The position numbers and the translations under genes were made by a program. From an uncultured Nitrososphaeraceae archaeon (GTDB lineage Archaea > Thermoproteota > Nitrososphaeria > Nitrososphaerales > Nitrososphaeraceae): 64,000 nucleotides of DNA. Below are positions 59,583 through 64,000 of the stretch, piece by piece (position 1 is the first letter of the stretch; the number at the start of each line of letters is the position of its first letter). The stretch spans positions 10,584-74,583 of the forward strand of contig CAWGVG010000012.1 in assembly GCA_963825865.1 (NCBI GenBank). The letters are read 5' to 3'. The notes beneath the pieces were generated by a model. That model saw nothing but the letters and a program-made list of their open reading frames with translations, had not been told where the DNA came from and made no database searches.

Positions 59583-59709
59583 TTAATACAGATTAACTAA
59601 ATCCTAACTTTTTAGTTTATATAAATCGTAATTATTAACGTGGATGACAAAATGGGTCGAATTTGTTCTGAATCCCGCCGACTCACTGTAATACCATAAC
59701 AGATTGAGA
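59583..59709 (+). repeat. Kinase-3'-associated conserved element, long copy
   Basis: Near-identical to 6812-6940. Confidence 0.9.
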
Positions 59710-59822
59710 CTACTATTCCAACAACAGCATCGTTCCCAACTACAATTCGGACACTCTTGTGAAGATTTACTTTGCTTACAGTCCTGTGGTAAACATCCGC
59801 AATCTGCACATTTAATCTGCAT
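59604..59822 (-). CDS. Small Cys-rich, metallothionein-like protein; tail probably read-through into the repeat
   Basis: Nine Cys in the first 35 aa (CADCGC, CPNC, CCCW). Confidence 0.55.
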   Translation of the reverse strand: MQIKCADCGCLPQDCKQSKSSQECPNCSWERCCCWNSSLNLLWYYSESAGFRTNSTHFVIHVNNYDLYKLKS

Positions 59823-60387
59823 AAACTAGATTAAACAATACGGTTATCTAAATATTAGATATCATAGATGTAAAACTTTAGCATTGTTAGCTTGGTTTAT
59901 CCTGTTTCTTACTTTCAGCTGCATCTATTGTCTTACTTTTCTCTTTATTAAGTTCATCAATTGTCATTGCATTAGCTAAAACTATAGTACTATTATTATC
60001 GTCAATATTGGCTTCAGTAAAAACAGCAGCATAAGAAGAATTTTCTAATATTTGAATAATGGAATTATCATCTTGAGGGAGCTTTAGCTCTAGGTCCTTT
60101 AGTGGAATTATTGAACCATAGTCGTCAATATCAAGATTGGTTACTTTAACCTTATTTTTACTTGCATTTTTTATATGATAATATATAAAAAATCATGTCA
60201 TCATAAAGAATCTTGCAGAGCATGTGGAACGCATCTAACTCCGATATCAGTTTGCAATATGTGCAAGGAGCATATTACATGGATATGTAATTAGTGCGAT
60301 AAAATGGAAGTGGTTTTTTTTGGTGTGAAGCGCGCAAAAACAACATCCTTCGAACATTTATAATTTTAAAAATAATGTAAAAATATC

Positions 60388-60846
60388 ATGAAATGGATAA
60401 CAAGAGAACATGCAAAAGTAGATCGAACTGCATGTCCTTGGCTTATAAAAAATTTTATTGATAAGGATGCAGAATTTCTTTTTGTAGCCGCACATAAGGT
60501 AATTCAAATATCCAAAGAACAAAATGCCATACCTTTTGACATACCAAACGTTGAGTTAGGTCATCATGAAGAAGAGTGTTCTTTTGATGCCATTTTAAAA
60601 AAATATGAATTGGATAAAAAAGAACCTGCACTTCTCAAATTAGCCAAGATAGTAAGAGGAGCAGATACACCCAATAGGAGTTTGACTCCTTTCTCTGAAG
60701 GTCTAGCCGCATTGGCTAGTGGTTTTAGTATTATCTCAAAGGATGATTATGATAATATGGCAAAACAATTCTACGTATATGATGCACTTTATGCATTTTG
60801 TAAATTAGATAACAACAAAGAAAAATTGTTGACCTCTAGACATTAG
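60388..60846 (+). CDS. chrB: Chromate-resistance ChrB-domain protein
   Basis: MKWITRE..KVDR.ACPWLI..FID..AEF, CSFDAIL, IVRGAD, YDALYA. Confidence 0.88.
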   Translation: MKWITREHAKVDRTACPWLIKNFIDKDAEFLFVAAHKVIQISKEQNAIPFDIPNVELGHHEEECSFDAILKKYELDKKEPALLKLAKIVRGADTPNRSLTPFSEGLAALASGFSIISKDDYDNMAKQFYVYDALYAFCKLDNNKEKLLTSRH

Positions 60847-60876
60847 TAGTCGTGTTAATAGTGAGTAGAGCAACTG

Positions 60877-61027
60877 CTAACCTACTCCCGCAGGTGTCTG
60901 ACTACCTTCCTGACCGTGATCCATCCTCTTATGGGAATCCAATGTTTCAGCGCTATCAAAAATTCTGCCACATATACCGCAGCGATATTCCTTGACAGAA
61001 CGCTTGGGATTTGAAGCGACGAGCCAT
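60877..61027 (-). pseudogene. Small C2H2 zinc-finger protein with a 5' frameshift
   Basis: EYRCGICGRIFDSAETLDSHKRMDH. Confidence 0.7.
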
Positions 61028-61557
61028 TCTTAATTATCATTAATATATGAAAAGATACAATTAAGAATTAATCAATCTAAACACGACGCGCAAAATACTT
61101 CAAGAATAGATATATTGCGTTATGACAACATATAGACACGAAAATATATGGCAGTTTACCGTTAAGCAAATAGGCAGAATACACACTAATTTATCCATAT
61201 GTAGAAAAAAGACTTTCCGATAATGCTTTATATCTACAAATTATCAATAAGTTAGAGCATAGTGTTGAAATGTCCGCCATAGGAACAGAAAACCTCAATA
61301 CTAAAGAGGAAGAAGAAAAAGAAGAATCAACAGCATCATGGTGGTATCAGTGGTCACTAATGCTAGAATTGATTTACCACAAACTACGTTGAAAGAAATT
61401 TTACCCCTTAGCATACCATTATTCTTTCGCTCTTACGAGGCCCAGTGTATTATTACTTACTCTTTTTAGAACTGCTATTAGTGAGAGAACCACCGAACCC
61501 GCATCAAAGTTGTCCCTTTATTACCACCCGCTTTATCATATAGGTAGTAGTTAGATT

Positions 61558-61730
61558 TTGCTCTCTATAACAAAAGAAGAAAAAGGAAAACAAGGAATAG
61601 CACAGCAAAGCCCACTATACCCATTTATGTATGCATTGAAGTCTTCTGAAGCCAGAAGACAATATCCAAAGAGGTTGAAAATGCTATTTGATTATATTAG
61701 ACTACCAGGATTATTAGAAGAACAAGCAAG
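61558..61730 (+). pseudogene. Tyrosine integrase N-terminal fragment
   Basis: PFMYALKSSEARRQYPKRLKMLFDYI; similar to the 21905 fragment. Confidence 0.7.
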
Positions 61731-61809
61731 TAGAAGACCATTTGGTAGATGAAGAGGAAAAATAATCCTCGTCCAAACAATAATTGATAAAGCTGTTGGT
61801 GAAACATCA

Positions 61810-61965
61810 GGCTTTGTAGAAACCCTCAATATTATGATGAGGTTGGTTAATCTGTGCATTTTGTAGGCCATGCATCTGAGAGATAGTTCTCTGTTCTGTG
61901 TTCGAATCAACCTAGACATCAGGTGCTCTCCAAACAGCCGTTTTATTACAGAAATTATGGTGCTT
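61810..61965 (-). mobile_element. IS5-like transposase 3' fragment with terminal repeat
   Basis: SVIKRLFGEHL.SR....QNRE....C.AY; end GGGTTTCTACAAAGCC. Confidence 0.7.
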
Positions 61966-62963
61966 TGACTGTACGAAACCCAAAATTATAAAATTAAAGT
62001 GGTTATTTAGAATAAAGAGTATTGATAATTGTGCAGGACTTAGTCTCATTGTATTTTATATAACCATCACAGTCAGAATAGAAGTTAACGCTGTAATGAT
62101 TTAACACAGAAACTTCATTAGATACTTTCTTTGCTGGTCCACCTTCCTCAGTAATAGCATATAGACCAGGACCTAGATCTATGATTTCGCTGGACTCGTT
62201 ACCTAGAAATGCACTAGGTCGATTATTTTTACCATTTACATGAATGGTGAAATTAGACGTCTGTTTTGATGCAACTTTGATACCAATAGTATGAGTTGTG
62301 AAGCAGCTCGATCTATCCTTGTATTATAGTCACAGAAAGGCATTGATTCAATAACTGCTCTGTTATGTTAGGAATGTCGAATATCTCTGATTGGGTTACA
62401 AAGCACGTTCCAGCTGTATTTGCATTCACCACAATAGTTTCCTCATTATTATTATTGTCATGCACTACCACTGTTCCAACATCATTGTCATTATCGTTGT
62501 TATTATCATGTATGACTAGTTTATTGTTATCATCATTATTTTTGAATTTAAAATTGTCTGAACCTTTGAGATCATTACCCTTGCCAAAGTCACCATCGCT
62601 TGTATGTTTGAAACTGCTACCGCCATCTTTGTGACTTAGCTACCACCTTTAACACGATCGCCGCTACCGCCAAATTCCTTTGCTCCTGCTATATTTGGTG
62701 TCACTACTACAATCACGCTTGACACCAACACAACCGCTATGAGTATTGTTTCTACTAATTTCTTCATTTTTTACCTCAATATACGATGATCCTTGCTTAC
62801 TCATATTAATGTCGGATAATATATCAGATATTAGATAGATTACGATTGGACATAAATCCAGCTCTATTTTTTGCAAATATATATTGATGAATTAGGCTAA
62901 AGCTATCCTTTGGATGTCTGAATTTGTGATGACATATAATAAAACATCCTCAAAGGACAGCAC

Positions 62964-63974
62964 ATGATAGTTCAGAATCCATCCTTATTGGTATTCTGTA
63001 TTTGATAGGCTTGATACCATGGCCAGAATCACAAAAGATGAAAAAAAGAGGTAGACCATACGTCTATTCTTCTACTGTCATACTACGATGTTTCATAGTC
63101 AGATTGTGGTTTAGAATGGATTCTAACAACGCATTACATGAATTCCTAGGAATGGATTACCCTTACAATAAGAAGATAATGAAAAGATGTGGTCTTACCC
63201 AAATACCAGATAGACGAACATTTGACAGACGTCTTAAGACCATATCCATAGACATCAAGGAAAGGATTGCTACTATGACTAGTCTATTAGTAAATGGGAA
63301 GATAATAGACCCTTATATTGTTGCAATAGATAGGACATTGCTCAAAGCCAGAGGACATGTTTGGCACAAATCATCTATGGATAAAGGAATAGTACCACGT
63401 TCAGGTATAGATACAGATGCCAGGTGGGGATTCAGTCATACCAGAGGTTGGATATTTGGTTACAAACTACATTTGATATCAAGAACCGGTTCTACCATAG
63501 GACCTTTAGGAGCAGATTTTACAACTGCTAATGTACAGGATAATCAAATGTACAATCCTATGATATACCCATCATCATCATCATCTCTGTTCCTAGAAAC
63601 ATGTTTCATGATAGGTGATTCTGGGTATGACGACAATAAACTATATGATTTGATAGGTACTAAAAGAGGATTTGAACTGGTATGTCCAGTACAAAGGTAC
63701 AAAAACACCCTAAAGAAATACACTAGTCTGATTCAATTCTATGAATCTGAGTTAGGACAGGCTATTTACTCTTGGAGAAAGTAAATCGATAGAACCACTA
63801 ATAGAACATATTAAATCTATTTTTAGAATAGACCCATTACCGGTAAGAGGCTATGAGAAGGCTGCTGAGAGAGGACCTTGGTTTATACTACTGTATCAGA
63901 TCCTTGTCTACTACAATTATAAAACCAGACCTAGTCAACGACCAAAATCAATCAAACACATGTTATGTAGTTAA
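62964..63974 (+). mobile_element. DDE transposase (IS982/IS5-like), frameshifted; element end may lie beyond the window
   Basis: RGRP, PDRRTF.R, AID.T, GYKLHL, GDSGYD, SIEPLIEHIK. Confidence 0.82.
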
Positions 63975-64000
63975 TGCAGCACTAAATGATAGATGAAAAA

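Noticed and set aside
59664-59687. TGTTCTGAATCCCGCCGACTCAC resembling a tRNA T-loop and 3' end
   Set aside because: The T-loop is imperfect (TTCTGAAT), there is no complementary 5' T-stem and no cloverleaf; too weak to call.

Overview
AT-rich archaeal accessory region. Its gene families point to a soil ammonia-oxidising archaeon (Nitrososphaeraceae-like; inference). No rRNA, complete tRNA or CRISPR array was seen. The window holds an expanded set of histidine kinases and single-domain receivers, three complete IS elements with TIRs and target duplications plus several IS fragments, and dispersed remnants of a replicative integrative element (three tyrosine-integrase fragments, family-B polymerase, AEP primase, terminase-like ATPase, a possible Rep_trans-like protein, a 122-bp origin-like palindrome). 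Most genes are frameshifted or truncated, and the spacers are a patchwork of short gene snippets. The most unusual signals are (i) two promoter+gene units (NUDIX; LLM oxidoreductase), each flanked by a 60-78 bp direct duplication of the site they sit in, with no transposase or TIRs, and (ii) a non-coding element present in 7 copies that travels with kinase 3' ends and forms a cassette-like array at 6.8-8.3 kb. All alignments and motif calls were made by eye. Some frameshifts could be sequencing or assembly errors.
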